A stretch of 64,000 nucleotides of DNA from the human T2T-CHM13v2.0 reference genome, Homo sapiens, in the NCBI RefSeq assembly GCF_009914755.1, contig NC_060932.1. One strand, given 5' to 3'. Below are positions 1 to 15,767 of the stretch, piece by piece. Position 1 is the first letter of the stretch, and each line of letters starts with the position of its first letter. The translations under genes and the position numbers were made by a program. The notes under the pieces are model-generated. The model was not told where the DNA came from. It saw only the letters and a list, made by a program, of their open reading frames with translations, and searched no databases.

Positions 1-186
1 TCTTCATATGAAAAACATTCTTTCCTATCTGGACATTATTGTTCTTATTATTTTGCCAGTCAGAAACTGTCTGGTGAATCGTTTAATAAGACACTGAAAA
101 GACTGCCATGAAATATACTATATTTTGCTACTTTGAAATCCAATGCGATTTTGAGAAATAGATTTTTCGTAATATACTACACTTTA

Positions 187-466
187 TTTTTTATTGATTG
201 ATTGATTGATTGATTGGTTTTTGAGACTGGGTCTCACTCTGTTGCCCAGGCTGGAGTGCAGTAGTGCAATCACAGCTCACTGCATCCTCAACTTCCCCAG
301 GCTCATTTGACCCTCTCAGCTCAGCTTCCCCAGTAGCTGGGACTACAGGTGCACACTACCTAGTGTGTGTACTAACTAGGGTTACTAACTAGGGCACGAT
401 ACCTATTGAGTGTACTAACTAGGACTAACTAATCCCTTATTTTTTCTAAACCCAGCTAAATTTTGG
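187..466 (-). mobile_element. Alu right monomer (AluJ/FRAM-like) with a (TTGA)n tail and an internal ~90-nt insertion
   Basis: Antisense Alu sequence; TSD atat(a/g)ctacacttta at 172-186 and 467-481. Confidence 0.85.
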
Positions 467-3400
467 ATATGCTACACTTTAACAATACCTTTAGTACTCA
501 AAAATTAGGATGATGGTATTGTAGTTTCTGAAATTATGGTATATGTAGTTTTTTTTCATAACCCATCACTTTAGTAAATGCTGTAGGAATTACATTTACA
601 TAAGACTTATGATCACCAAGACTTAAATATATATTAGTTCTGTTAAATATTTTCCTTACATTTCCTCTTTATAGCCTTTTCATTTTACAACTCCAATATT
701 AAAACTAGTTTTAATAGAGAATAAATTTTTTAATCAATAGCTTATCAAATAATTTAAGGACCACCAGATAAAATAAATAATATATTTTCTGGGTAAAGCA
801 ACTCAGATGTGAAATGCAATGTATACATATACAAAATGCGCACCCCTACCTCTCTTAATAATATTTAAACACATAGTATGAGTCAACAAACCAGCAAAAT
901 CTATTGATAGTTTGTTGCTTATATGCAGAGATTTCTTTCCAATTGCACATTGAATAAAGTCAAATTCAGAGTATCAATTACAATCATTCATAATAAACCT
1001 GAACTATCAAAACTGTTCTTAAGTAGGAACTGTTTCGACTAACTTATTCAGTTTTTCTAAGCTTGCAAGGCAGATGTCTTGAATATTAACTATGCCAGAA
1101 GTAATATTTTCTATGTGTTTTTTTAAATTTTAGGGCAGCATTAGGTTTATAGCAAAATTGAGAGGAAGGTATACAGATTTCCCATATGTCTTCCTACCCC
1201 AACACATTCATAGCCTCTCCCATTATCAACCTCCTCCACCAAACTGGTATGTTTGTTACAACTGATGAACCTACTTTGACACATCATAATCACCCATGGT
1301 CCATAGTTTACATTGGGGCTCACTCTTGGTGTCAAACATTCATTGGATTTGGACAAATTGATAATGACATGTATCCATCATTATATTATCATGCAGAATA
1401 TTTCCACTACCTTAAAAATTCATCTTTCCCTTTCTCCTAACCCCTGGCAATTATTGATCTTCTTACTGTCTCCATAGTTTTGCCTTTTCCAGAATGTCAC
1501 ATAGTTGGAATCATACAGTTTGTAGCCTTTCAGATAGGCATCTTTCACTTAGTAATATGCTTTGTCTTTTCATGGTTTGATAGCTCATTTATTTTTAGTG
1601 CTGAATAATATTCCATTGTCTGGATATACCACAGTTTGTTTATTGATTCATCTGCTGAAGGACATCTTGGTTGCTTCTGAGTTTTGGCAATTATAAATAA
1701 AGCTGCTATAAACATCTGTGTGCAGGTTTTTGTGTGGACATGTTTTCAACTCCTTTTCGCAAACGCCAACCAGCACAATTGCTGGATCGTATGCTAAGAG
1801 TATAGTTTTGTTAGAAAGTTCCAAAACGTCTGTACCATTTTGCATTCCCACCAGCAATGAATGAGAGTTCCTGTTGAATGAGAGTTCCTGTTGTTCCACA
1901 TCTTGCCAGCATTTGGTGTTGTCAGTGTTCTGACCATTCCAATAGGTGTATAGTGGTATCTTGTTGTTTTTATTTGCATTTCCCTGATGACATATGAGGT
2001 TGAACATCTTTTCATATGCTTATTTGCCATCTGTTTAATTTCTTTGGTGATGTGTCTGCTCAGGTCTTTGGCCCATTATTTTTTAATTGGGTTGTTTGTT
2101 TTCTTATTGTTGAGTTTTAAGAGTTCTCTGTATATTTTGGACAACAGTCCTTTATAAAATGTGTCTTTTACACATATTTTCTCTCTTCTGTGGCTTCTTA
2201 AAGCAGGGATTGTCTTGACATTGTCTTTTGCAGAGCAGTTTTAATTTCATTGAAATTCAGGTTATTAATCATTTCTTTCATCAATCATGCCTATGGTGTT
2301 ATATCTAAAAATTTATTGCCATACCCAAGGTTATCTATGATTTCTCCTATGTTATCTTCTAGGAGTTTTATTATTTTGCATTTTATATTTACATATCTGA
2401 TGCATTTTTGAAGAGTGTAATGTCTGTGTCTAGGTTCCCTATTTTGCATGTGGACATCCAATTGTTCCAGCACCATTTGTTGAAAAGACCATCATTGCTC
2501 CATTGTATTGCCTTTGCTTTTATGTTGCCAGAGATCAGTTCAATATATGTATATCAGTTTATTTCTAGGCTGTCTATATGTTCCATTGATTTATTTGTCT
2601 ATTCGTTGACCAAAGAGTACCACAGTGTCCTGATTACTGTAGTTTCATAGTAAGTATTGAAAAGTCAGGGTCAATTCTCCAACTTCATTCTTCTCCTTCA
2701 ATACTGTGTTGAATCTTCTGTCTTTTACTTCTCCATATGAGGTCTGGAATCTGGTTATCAGACTCCACAAATTGATATGCTGAGAAGTTGATTGAGATTG
2801 CTTTGAATCTGTAGGTCAAGTTGGGAAGATTGGACATCTTGACAATATTGAGTATTCCTTTATATGGAATATCTATTTATTTAGTTCTTTTTTATTTCAT
2901 TCATCAGAGTTTTGTTGTTTTTCTCATGTAGATCTTATACATATTTTGTTAGATTATACCTAAGTATTTCATTGTTGGGAATTGCTAATGTAAATGGTGT
3001 TGCATTTTTAATTTCACTTGTTCATTGTTGATATATGGGAAAGTTATTGACTTTGGAATATTAACCTTATATCCTACAACATTTCTATAATCACTTATTA
3101 GTTCCTGGAGCTTTTTGTTTCTTTGTTTCAATTCTTTTGGGTTTTTACATAGACAATCATGGCATCACAAAAAGAGTTTTATTTCTTTCTCCCTAATCTG
3201 TATGCATGTATTTTCTTTTCTTCCTTATTGAATTATCTAAGTACTTCCAGTACAGTGTTGAATACAAGTGGTGAGAGTGGACATCCTTACCTTGTTTCTG
3301 ATCTCAGTGGGAAAGTTTTGAGCTTTTTTTAACTGGTAAATATGATGTTAGCTGTAGGTTTTTGGTAGATATTCTACATCAACTTGAGGAAGATCCCCCA

Positions 3401-4748
3401 TATTCCTAGTGTACTGGGAGTTTTTAGTAAATTCAGGATGTTAGATTTTGTCAAACTGTCTTTTCTCCGTCTATTGATTTAGTCATGTGATTTTTTTTTA
3501 TAGCCTGTTGATGTGGTGGATTACATTAATTGATTTTTGAATGTGGAAACAGCTTTGTGTATCCAAGATTAATCCCACTTATTGTGTATAATTCTTTTTA
3601 TACATTGTTGGATTCAGTGTGCTAACATTACATTGATAATTTTTGCAGTAATGTTCATGAGAGATGTATTCTTTTCTTTTAATGTCTTTGTCTGGTTTTG
3701 ATATTGAGGTAATACTGGCCTTATAAAATGAGTTAGAGAGTAGTCTCTCTGATTCTGTTCTCTGAAAGAGATTGTAGAAAAATTGAATAATTTCTTTCTT
3801 GTTTGGTAGAATTTACCAGTGAATCGATCTAAACTGTGTTGCTTTCCATTTTAGGAGGATATTAATTATTGATTCAATTTATTTAATAGATGTAGGCCTG
3901 TTCAGGTTATCTGTTTTTGTTTGAATTTGACATAACTGTGTCTTTCAAGGAATTGGTCCAGTTTCATCTACATTATCAAATTTGTGGGCATAGAGTTTTC
4001 ATAATAGTCCTTTATTATCCTTTTAATGTCCATGGGATCTGTAGTGATGTCCTCTTTTTCATTTCTGATATTAGTAATTTTTATACCCTGTTTCTCTTAA
4101 TTAGCCTGTCTAGAGGCTAATTTGTTCTATTAATCTTTTTAAAGAACCAGATTCTGATTTTGTTGATTTTCTCTATTGATTTTCTGTTTTCAATTTTACT
4201 GACTCTAATTCTACTATTTATTTTGTAACTGCTTACTTTGCATTTAATTTGCTCTTCTTTTTCTAGATTCCTGAGGTAGAAATTTAGATGACTGATTTTA
4301 GGTATTGCTTTTTTTCTAATATACATATACATTCAGTACTATAAATTTTCTTCTAAGTACTGCTTTCACTGCATCCCACAAATTTTGTTGTTTTCATTTT
4401 TATTTATTTAAAGATATATTTAAATTTCTCTTGAGATTTTTTTCTTGACCCATGTGTTATTTAGAAATATATTATTGGGTTTTGCAGTTATCTTTCTGTT
4501 ACTGCTTTCTAATTTATTTTCATTGTGGACTCAGAGCAGCATTGTATGTTTTAAAAAATTTGCTAAGGTGTGTTTTATGGCCCAGAATATGCTCTATTTT
4601 AGTGAATGGTTCCAGGTGAACTTGAGAAGAATGTATATGCTGCTAATTTTTGATGATGAAGTAGTCCATAAATGTTGATTATATTCAGTTGATGGTGTTT
4701 TTGAGTTCACTTATCTTCTTACTGATTTTCTGCCTGCTTGATCTGTTC

Positions 4749-5175
<427 letters not shown>

Positions 5176-5430
5176 GATCTGTTCATTTCTGATAGAGTGG
5201 TACGGTAATCTCCAACTATAATGGTGGATTCATCTATTTCTCTATGCACTTCTATTAGTTTTTGCCTGACATATTTTGATACTCTCTTGTTAGATGCATA
5301 CACATTAAGAATTGTTATCTCTTCTTGAAGACTTGGCTCCTTTTTCTTTATAGAATGTCCTTCTTTATCCCTGATAACTTTTTTTTGCTGTGGTGTCAGC
5401 TTTGTCTAAAATTAGTGTACCTACTCCTGC

Positions 5431-5758
<328 letters not shown>

Positions 5759-7323
5759 TGATTAGTGTTACCATAGTACATTTTTTTCCATCCATTTAAT
5801 TTATATGATTGTTTCCATTTAAAGTGGGTTTCTTATACAGTTGAGCCTCATTTTTTTAATCGAATCTGACAGTCTCTTTTAGTTAGTGCATGTAAATGAG
5901 TGACATTTAAAGTGATTATTGATATAGTGGGATTAATATCTACTGTTTTTGTTACCCTTATTCATTGTTTATTTTTGTCTTCTATTCTTTTTCAGTGTTT
6001 TTTTTTTAATTGAGCATTTCATATGATTCCTTCCTTCCTTCATATCATATGTCTTTCCTTCCTTGGCATATCAGTTATACTTCTTTTTCTTACCTTTTTT
6101 TTTGGGTAGGTACTCTAGAGTTTGTAGTATACATTTGCAATTCATGCAAGTCTGCTTTCAAGTAATACTTCATAGGTAATGTTATATCATATACTTAGAA
6201 AATCCCAATTTCTTCCTCCCACTTCTTGTATCATTGCTGTCATTCGACTTAAATTTAAGCATACATAATTGAATACATTGTTGCTATTATTACTTTGAAT
6301 TAATTCTTATCTGTTAGATAAATTAAGAATAAGAAAAATACAAGCTTTTGATTTTACCTTCATTTATTCCTTTTTCAATGCTCTTTCTTTCTATATGTAG
6401 CTTTGAAATTCTGACCTATATCTTTTTCATTCTTTCTAAAAAAAAATTACTTTAATATTTCTTGTAATATTGTTCTACTGGCAACAAAATCCAAATTTTT
6501 GTTTGTCTGTGAAAGTCTTTCTTTCTCCTTCACTTTTGAAGGATAATTTCACAGGTCCTAGGATTCTAGGTTGGTGGTTTTTTTCTTCCAAGCCTTCAAA
6601 TATTTCACTCCACTCTCTTCTTACTTGCATGGCTTCTCTAGAGAACTCATATGTAATTCTTATCTTTGTTCTATAGAGGAGGAGTGTTTTTTTCTTTTTC
6701 TCTGTCTTCTTTCAAGGGTTTTTCTTTTTTCTCTTTGTTGTTATTATTTTGCATTTGTCCTACTTGGTATTCTCTGAGCTCCCTAGATCTGTGGTCTGTG
6801 GCTTGGTTCCTGACATTAGTTTGGGGAAATTTTCAATCATTATTCTTTCAAATCTTTCTTCTGTTTCTTTCTCTTTTTCTTCTCTTTCTGGTATTCTCAT
6901 TACAAATATGTTATACCTTGTGTAGTTGTCCCACAATTCTTGGATGTTCTTTTCTGTTATTTTTTCAGTCCTTGTTCTCTTTGCTTTTCAGTTTTTGAAG
7001 TTTTTATTCATATATCCTGAAGTTCAGAGATTCTTTTCTCAACCGTGTTCAGTCTACTAATAAGCCCATCAAAGGCATTCTTCATTTCTATTACAGGTAT
7101 TTCTTTTGTCTCTGGCATTTCTTTTTAGCTCTTTCTTAGAATTTCTTTCTGCTTACATTGCTCATCTATTCCTGCAGGCTGTCCACTTTATTTATTAGAG
7201 CCCTTTGTATATTAATCATAGTGGTTTTAAATTCTCAGTCTTATAAATCCAGCATTCCTGCTATATCTGATTCTGACACTTGCTCTTTTTATCCAAATTG
7301 TGTTTTTTGCCTTTTGGTATGTA

Positions 7324-7628
7324 ATTTTTTTCTTTCTTTTTTTTTAGACAGGGACTCGCTCAGTCGCCCAGGATGGAGGGCAGTGGCACGATCCCAACTC
7401 ACTGCAACCTCTGCCTACTGGGCTCAAGTGAGTCCCCCAGCTTTAGCCTCCTTACTAGCTGGGACTATGGGTGTGCACCATCATGTCCAGTTTATTTTTG
7501 TATTTTTTAGTAGAGACAGGTTTTCTCCATGTTTCCCAGACAGGTCTTCAACTCCTGACCTCAAGTAATCCACCTGCCTTGGCCTCCCAAAATGCTGAGA
7601 TTACAGGTGTGAGCCACTATCCCCAGCC
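7324..7628 (-). mobile_element. Diverged Alu (AluJ/S)
   Basis: Dimeric antisense Alu sequence. Confidence 0.9.
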
Positions 7629-9145
7629 TGTAGTTGTTTTTTCTTGATAATTTTTTTATTGATAGGCAGATATGATGTGCTGGTTAAAAGAAATTGCTGT
7701 AAATAGGCCTTTAGTAATGTGCTGGTAAGGTCGGGGAAGGGAAACATTCTATATTCCTATGATTAGGTCTCAGTCTTAGTGAGCCTCTGGATTGTGAAAA
7801 TTTCAAGTGGTTCTCATTTTTTCCCTCCTCCCTTAGGTGGAACAAGATGGTTAGAGTGGGCTGGAAATGTTTTCTTTCTCCTGTGTGGAAAGCTAGAGTG
7901 GACTAGATTTGGGTATTTCCCTTCTCCCAGATTGGTTAGGCTTTGGTTAATTAGTTTCCCCTGAGGGAAAGTCTTGTTAAGAAAAGTAGGGCATTCTGGA
8001 GTATTTCAAAATGGTTCCTGTTTCCCTCTCCCTCTTGGAAGCATGAGGAGATTTTTCTTCAATATTTACTGTGGGAACCTGGTGGAGCTCCTGGAGGTGA
8101 GTCTCACAATATTGTAAGAGACCTCAATGACTGGGTTCCTGTGGAGTTTATAACTCTCAGACTTGTTCTTAACTGATCCTCTAGCAATTTGTCATTTGAA
8201 GGTCAAGTTTTCCTACTCTGGCACTGGTTCCCACACTGCTTTCCCCTCATAAGTATCTTCTCCATAAGCTGTGACTCCCTGTTTTTGCCTGTCTCTTCAA
8301 TCTTGGGGGCAGTTGTTTGCCCTGTGTCATCCCTCTTTTACAGATCCAAGATAATTTGTCGCTTTTTCAGTCTGTTCAGCTTTTTATTTGTTGTTAGGAC
8401 AGTGAAAACATTACAAGCTCCTTACAAACAGAAACAGAAACTAGAAGTTCCTCCATGTGCTCTTTATTTGGCTTATTCTGATACCAAGTCTTTAAGTCAG
8501 AGGTAACTTTGATATTTGCATTGTTAATGTTCTTTAAAGTAAGTTGAAACTTTGGTATGGAAATTTTTCTCAAGTAAGCAATTCTAGGCATGGAGTTTTC
8601 CCCCCCATAGTATACTGAGCAACAGGAATGGGAATGGTTATAAACCATTCCTTTTAACCTATTGATGCACTTCACAACTTGAATAAATAGACTATATATA
8701 GATAAAATATCAAACCTAGTCATGTACAATTTTAGAATTATTTTCTACTCTGACCTGAAACAATACACACAAATGTAAATAATTTATTTCCCATTGAAAA
8801 TGTTGAGGGTTTAATTATGTCTTAATTTTGGACAGATGTTTGTTTATTTTTAATCTCCATGTGACTGCATAATTTGAGTTCTTGAATTAACTTCTCCTTT
8901 TCTCAGTGGTATCTCTTAAACTCAATAATCAGACTTCTTTTCTATCTATATATGTAATCTTTCCTTGGGTTACAATGATGATCTCTTTATAAATGACTTT
9001 CAAATGTTTAGCAACAATCCTAACATCTTTCTCAAGATTCTTTTCCACATATTTAATATTTGACCTACGCAACTGAAACTACCCTCATTTCCCCTTCTCC
9101 AAGCTAGTCAACCTTAATAAACTTTTCTTACTCTTATCTTAGTAG

Positions 9146-9449
<304 letters not shown>

Positions 9450-9559
9450 AGTAGTATACTCTGACTTCCTAATAGGCTAACTTAAAAAGTTAAGGTGCAT
9501 TAATTTTTGCTCTTTTTTTGCTTTTTCATCTAGTCACAAAATGTTACTGATTCATGTTG

Positions 9560-10430
9560 GCATGGCCTGAACTCTATTCTTGGATCTTTTCTCTATCTTA
9601 CTCCTTCTCCTAGTGATCTCAAGTCCCATGTTTAAAGTCCCATGGCTTTAAATAGTTATCTATATGCTAAAACTCCCAAATGTATATCTCCAGTCAATTC
9701 TACTTATTTTTTCTTTAAATTCTTATAGTTTACTGCCCACCTGACATCTTCACTTGGAAATGTAGTAGGTATCTCCAGCTTAACATGTCCAAAACTAAAC
9801 TTTTGATCTTTTCCACCAAACCATGTCATTTGATAACTTCATTATTTTACTTAAGTCAGAATTTTAGATTTGTTCTTGTCTCTTCTCTTTCTCTCATGTC
9901 CCTCAAATCTTTCACAAAATTGTCTTTATTGCTATTCCTTCAAAATATATCCACTTCTATAATCTCTGTTATTATCCTAGTTAAAGCTGCTGTTATTGCC
10001 TGTATGACTTACTACCTTGTCTAGCCTTAAGCAAAAGTTAAATCATGCACAATTTCTGCTTAAAACCCACGAATGGGTTAAAATCACTCAGATTAAATGC
10101 CACAATGTTTGCAATAATTTACAAGCGTCTACATAATCTTCCCCCTTCCCTCCAAATGTCTCCAATAGCTGTTCTTCATCACTTGCTCCACTCCAAGCAC
10201 CCTATCCTCCTTGCTGTTCTGTGAACATGTGAGACGCACTGCTACCTTGGGGCCTTTTCACTTGTCTTAGAACCTTTCTCTCTGTGTTTATCAGCTTGGA
10301 AAACCATCTCATTCAATTCTTTCTGAAATGTCACCTTCTCAATTTGTGTTACCCAGTCTAACCACCCTATATAAAATTGCAAAATGCCCTCCTCTTCTGG
10401 CATTTTGATTTTCCTTTTTCTTGTTCTATT
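9560..10430 (+). mobile_element. L2 fragment
   Basis: Typical L2 3' motifs (catggctttaaata..tatatgct..actcccaaat..tatctccag; aacatgtccaaaactaaact). Confidence 0.7.
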
Positions 10431-10439
10431 TTACTAAAT

Positions 10440-10635
10440 GTATAGTATATATAGCCACTAGCTGTATGTGGTTATTTAAATGAATTTAAAATAAACATGT
10501 TTAAAATTTAGATTCTCATTAATACCATCCAGATTTCAAATGCTCAGTAGTCATGTGTCTAGTGGCTACCAAATTGGACAGCACTGATAGAAGAACATTC
10601 CATCATTTTAGAGTTCTATTGGACAATACTGTTCT
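10440..10635. mobile_element. MER3-like hAT DNA transposon
   Basis: tagccactagc..atgtgg ... ctagtggctacc..attggacagc ... agttctattggaca. Confidence 0.7.
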
Positions 10636-11377
10636 AAGTTTTGTAAGAACAATTAATCTTCTTGCTGCAATCTCTCTATCCTTCAATATGAATTGTATAC
10701 TGCTATCAGCTTCATTTTCCTAAAGTATTACTTCCATCATCAGAGCAGAATGTACTATTGGGACACAGTGAGAGCACTGGAGTCAGAAGTATCTTCTTTT
10801 AAGTCTCAACTGTGGTATTGACACTTAATTTAGATTTTTTTTACCTCTGTTTTCTCAAATGGAAATGGAGGTAATATCTTGGCAGAGTTGTTTTGTATTA
10901 CATAATATATGTGTTCCTGAGGAAACCTTGTGCTGTGCATAATCATGGACTAAAAACAGCAGGGCTTCTGGGAAAGAAAGGTTAGGAAAGACCATTCAAA
11001 ACCCATGCAGCTTTGAAAACTGAAGAGTAAAAAATAAAATAACACAATTAAAAAGTCATGTTAAATTTTATGCAATAAAAATATTTACTATATAATAGGA
11101 GTCTAAAATAAAATGAAGATATCTAGATGAAAGGAGTATATCTAGATGGAAAGAAGGATAAGTCTGCAAAGTTATGAACTCAAGGGGACTATCCACAAAC
11201 ATCAGTAAAGACCCACCAAGTACATATATCTAAGACAGAGTTTGTGACCAAAGAGCCAAGAGGAGGAACATGAGATTCTTGGGATGAATGAGCATTGTGT
11301 GCAGTTCTGTATTTCTCTGGTTTGCTGCATCCCGCTGTGTTAGTGAACTTTACATTCAACTGCAATTATTTGGAAGT

Positions 11378-11800
11378 TGTAGTGGACACTGTTGATGTTC
11401 CACCCATATCCTCTTTACCAGCTGGTTTACTCATCCTCAGTTATGGGGAGTGTTGGTTGTTAACAACTCACAGCTGTCCCTCTCTCTCTGGAGAATTGCC
11501 TGGTCAAATGGAAACCACCTCATCCATGAGGTTAAACACCTTGCTGACTCTCCACTGGCAGTCTTTAGCCAGTGAATGGCTAACACAGGAGTACAAAAAT
11601 CCAGGCCTCTTACCTCAAAGTCAGACCAACCCTGGGCAATTGTTCATGTTTCAGAGCATACAGTTGGATCAGACTGAGAATACATCATTGCTTAGTTTCT
11701 TCCCTTTTTTCTTGCCCTATTCTGCTCTTCTCCTTCTTCCTGAGGGCACTACTTCACTTATTCATGTACAGGTGAATCCTTGTTTCTAGGGAATCTAATG
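11378..11800 (+). mobile_element. LTR16-like ERVL solo LTR
   Basis: tgtagtggacactg start and aacaactcacagctg, gagtacaaaa motifs; accounts for the 164-aa ORF. Confidence 0.6.
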
Positions 11801-12326
11801 TGAGTTAATATTGTAAAGTATTATCATGATAGGAAATATTACATATGAACAGTTGTTTTTCTGAGTTATTTCTGAAACGAATGTTGTAATGGAACACTTT
11901 TTTAAAGTGCATAGCAGAGTTCCTAGCACGTAGTAAAAGGTCAATTACTAATAGCCACAAAGAGTATGATGAAGATAATGGTGGTAGTGGTGATAATATT
12001 ACTTCCTGCTCAGAAATTTTCAGGCTCTTTCCATTATCAACCTTATGATGTTTTAGATATCTACAACTTGAGTCAAACGTACTTTTCCTGCTCATTTCCC
12101 CACATTGAACTGTTGTTTTCCTACCAACTTAGAAGTCCTTCTACTTTCCTTCCATCTCTCCACATACCAGTTGCTTTCTGCTACTCTTTTAGATAGTATC
12201 TCTTCTAATATACTTTGTATAAATGTGTCAGATCATTGGGTTGTTACTCTCTTCTGATTTGTCATATTTTTATTCTCAGAATTCTACTGTATCTCAGCCC
12301 TGTCATATACTGTAAGAAAAATGATA

Positions 12327-12440
12327 GGTGCAGTGGCACGGGCCTGTAGTCCCAGCTACTTGGGAGACTGAGGTGGGAGGGTCATTTGAGGCTAGTCTAA
12401 GCAACATAGTGAGACCCCCATCTCATTTTTTAAAAAAAGC
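12327..12440 (+). mobile_element. Alu monomer (FLAM-like), degenerate
   Basis: ggtgcagtggcacgggcctgtagtcccagctacttgggag...caacatagtgagaccc. Confidence 0.8.
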
Positions 12441-12928
12441 AAAAGCCGTTTACACATCTACTACAAAAGGTATTCAGCATGTTTTCTAAAACTTTTTATC
12501 ACTGAAAAAAAAGATGTTAATGTTTAGGAGTTTTTATGAGCTTAATAATTTTAAATAATTGATAAGAATTATTTGAAGCTTTTCTAGGTCATTGAAGAGA
12601 TGAAAATATTTTTAGAATAAATTTGAGTCTTCTATTGGAGATAATTAACTGTATGTAAAATTTTACTCTAAGTTTATATAAAAGCTTTACGCAGCACAAT
12701 GCCTTGGATATAGTAACTGTCTAAATATTTGAATATCTGTCATTCCTTTTTAATTTCTGTTTTCATAAAATATTTTGTCTTAATATCATGGTTTATTCAC
12801 TATACTTTATATTTAATATATTAGAAGTCTTTAAATTTCACCAACATTTTGTTTTTGAGTAAAGTAGAAGAGACGCAAAGGACTTTGTACATACATAACT
12901 ATAATATTTATTAATTTTCTACCTTTAG

Positions 12929-13085
12929 ATTATCGACATGATGGTCGAGATCTTCAAAGCTCAACATTATCAGTGCCAGAACAAGTAATGTCATCAAACC
13001 ACTGTTCACCATCAGGGTCTCCTCATCGAGTAGATGTTATAGGAAGGACTAGATCATGGTCACCCAGTGTCCCTCCTCCACAAAG
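12929..13085 (+). CDS. RIMS2: RIMS2 internal coding exon (157 nt, phase 1->2)
   Basis: ttttctacctttag|AT...CAAAG|gtaaga; translates (D)YRHDGRDLQSSTLSVPEQVMSSNHCSPSGSPHRVDVIGRTRSWSPSVPPPQ, which I recognise as RIM2 sequence downstream of C2A. Confidence 0.95.
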
Positions 13086-13120
13086 GTAAGATAGACTACT
13101 TATTTTATTTGTAGGGTGGC

Positions 13121-13700
13121 TGTATTAGTCAGTGTTCTCCAGAGGGACAAAACTAATAGGATATATGTATATACGAAAGGGAGTTTATTAGGGAGAATTG
13201 GCTCATATGATTATAAGACAAAGTCCCACCATAGAATTTCTGCAAGCTGGGGAAGGGAGAAGCCAGTAGTGGCTTAGTCCAAGTGTGAGTCCATTTTGAA
13301 AGGCTTAAAACCAGGGAAGCTGACAGGACAGGCTTCAGTCTGTGGTCAAAGGCCTGAGAGCCACCAGCAAGCCACTGGTGCAAGTTCCAGAGTCCAAAGG
13401 CCAACGAACCTAGTGTTGGATGTCCAAGGGCAGGAAGAGTGAAAGGAATCATCCAGCACAGGAAAAAGAAAGAAGCCAGAAAACTTAGCAAGCAAGGTTA
13501 TCCCACCTTCTTCACCCGCTTTGTTCCAGCTGCATTGGCAGCCGACTGGATGGTGGATTGGGTGAGTCTTCCTCTCCTAGTCCACATATTCAAATGTCAG
13601 TCTCCTCTGGCAACACCTTACAGACACATCTAGAAACAATACTTTACCAGCCTAGGCTTCCTTCATTCCATTCAAGTTGACACGTAATGTTAATCATCAA
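13121..13700 (-). mobile_element. MLT2A-like (ERVL) solo LTR
   Basis: tgtattagtcag..ttctccagagggac..aactaatagga start and caagttgacac..ttaa.catca end; TSD-like gtggc/atggc. Confidence 0.8.
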
Positions 13701-14067
13701 AATGGCATTACAGACCTATTTATCACATATCGGTAATAATCTCTAAAGATAAGAGATTCTTGTGGAAAAAGAATTTAAGGAAAGCAAGATGGTTTTGTTT
13801 ATTTAAGGAAAAACAAAATGCTATTCAAGGAAAAACAAGATGCTATACAATAACCTATGTAACGAGAGTAAAATGAAACATGACTTGTTTTGTAATTTTA
13901 GACAACCTATATGTTATTTTATTGTAAGAGTTCAAAATAATTCAGAAGAACCAGTTTTCAATCACATATTGATATGAGTATATCTAGGTAGAACCAACTA
14001 ATTATACTCATGAATGATATAGATAATCGGTAATTTAATATATAGGAAATAATGAAAATCTGACTGA

Positions 14068-14405
<338 letters not shown>

Positions 14406-15036
14406 AGAATAATAATTTTTAAAAGCATGTGCAGTGGGAAGAATGGCTCAGAAAATCTGCAGCTACAGGTCTTAAGCTTACTGGAAATCTCTGATCAACC
14501 TGGTTAAGTACAGACAAGCTTAATGGAATAAGAATCACGGAAATAATAGTTGAAGCTAACAAGAAATATGTGCATAATTTACATTGTACATACTTGGAAT
14601 GTTTAAGAAATTTTGACCAGTTAGAATGACACACTTATACATCCTATTTTAAATAAATGATTATTTGACTTAGAATTTTAATTGAGTCTTAATTTTACAC
14701 AGAATATTGGAATGTCTAAGACAGCTTTAGATTTATTATGTTTGAAGGATATAAGACACTAAAATAAGATTTATGTAACTTAGACAATTGCAGAAATTAA
14801 ACAATATCTGACATATTAAGTTGACAAACATGGTTTAAAGTGTTTGAAGATGTTGAATTAACAAAGTTTATAAATGGGACCAAAATTATTAAACATTTTT
14901 TAAAAGTACTTAAATGTGATACACTTATCAATAGAATAACGTGTAATCTGAAATTTAAAGTTTGAGAACTAGTTTTAAATTTGTAACTTTAATAAATTGA
15001 ACCCTTCCCTCCTCTAGGAAAATAAAAGAATACCTA

Positions 15037-15767
15037 TGTAAAAGGAAAAACCAAAATGTTTTTGTTCTTTGTACATTCTACTCAACACAGAACACCTCTG
15101 TGAACAGATTTGTGGGGATTTTTTCCCACACCAAGCGACTTGCCAGCAGAAAGCACCTGAGTATCCTGTAATTCAGTTCAATTCTGACACTGTAATCTGG
15201 AAATTGTATCAGATTTCACATTTTAAAGGGATAAAGGCTCAGTCCCACAAGGCTGTCCCCTATTTCAAATGCCAATTGCAAGTCCCAGATTGTGACCTAT
15301 CCAGTTATAAATTGGAGTTTCCATAGCCCCTCTCCTTAGTTTGATAGTTTGCTTGGACAGCTCACAGAACTCAGTTAAACACTTTAATCATGTTTACCAG
15401 TTTATTATAAAAGATATTTTTAAAAATGCAGATGAAGAAATGCATAGGATGAGATTTGGGCAACCTGGAAGCTCATCAAATCTTGTTCAAAAGTTTCTAT
15501 GGAGTTTAATCTCCAGCCCTCAACCCTCTTTCTGTAGGTCAGTAGGTGGGGCTGAAAGTTCCAGCCCTGTAATCACCTGGTCCCTCTGTAGCTCTGTAGA
15601 CTGGTCCTATCATGAGGATACCCAGGGGACCCACCCTTAGTAATCATTAGCATAAACTCAAAAGTTATCAGAGGTGATCAGTAACAAAAGACATTCTATC
15701 ACTTAAGAAATTCCGATGGTTTTAGGAACTCAAGACAAAGACCAAATGTATTTCATATTATACCACA
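15037..15767 (-). mobile_element. MER21-like LTR
   Basis: ttcaattctgacact, ggctcagtcccacaag and gctcacagaactcag motifs; TG...CA ends. Confidence 0.7.

Noticed and set aside
11295-11789. Longest ORF in the track (164 aa)
   Set aside because: Starts at TTG and lies mostly within an LTR16-like element; no recognisable protein
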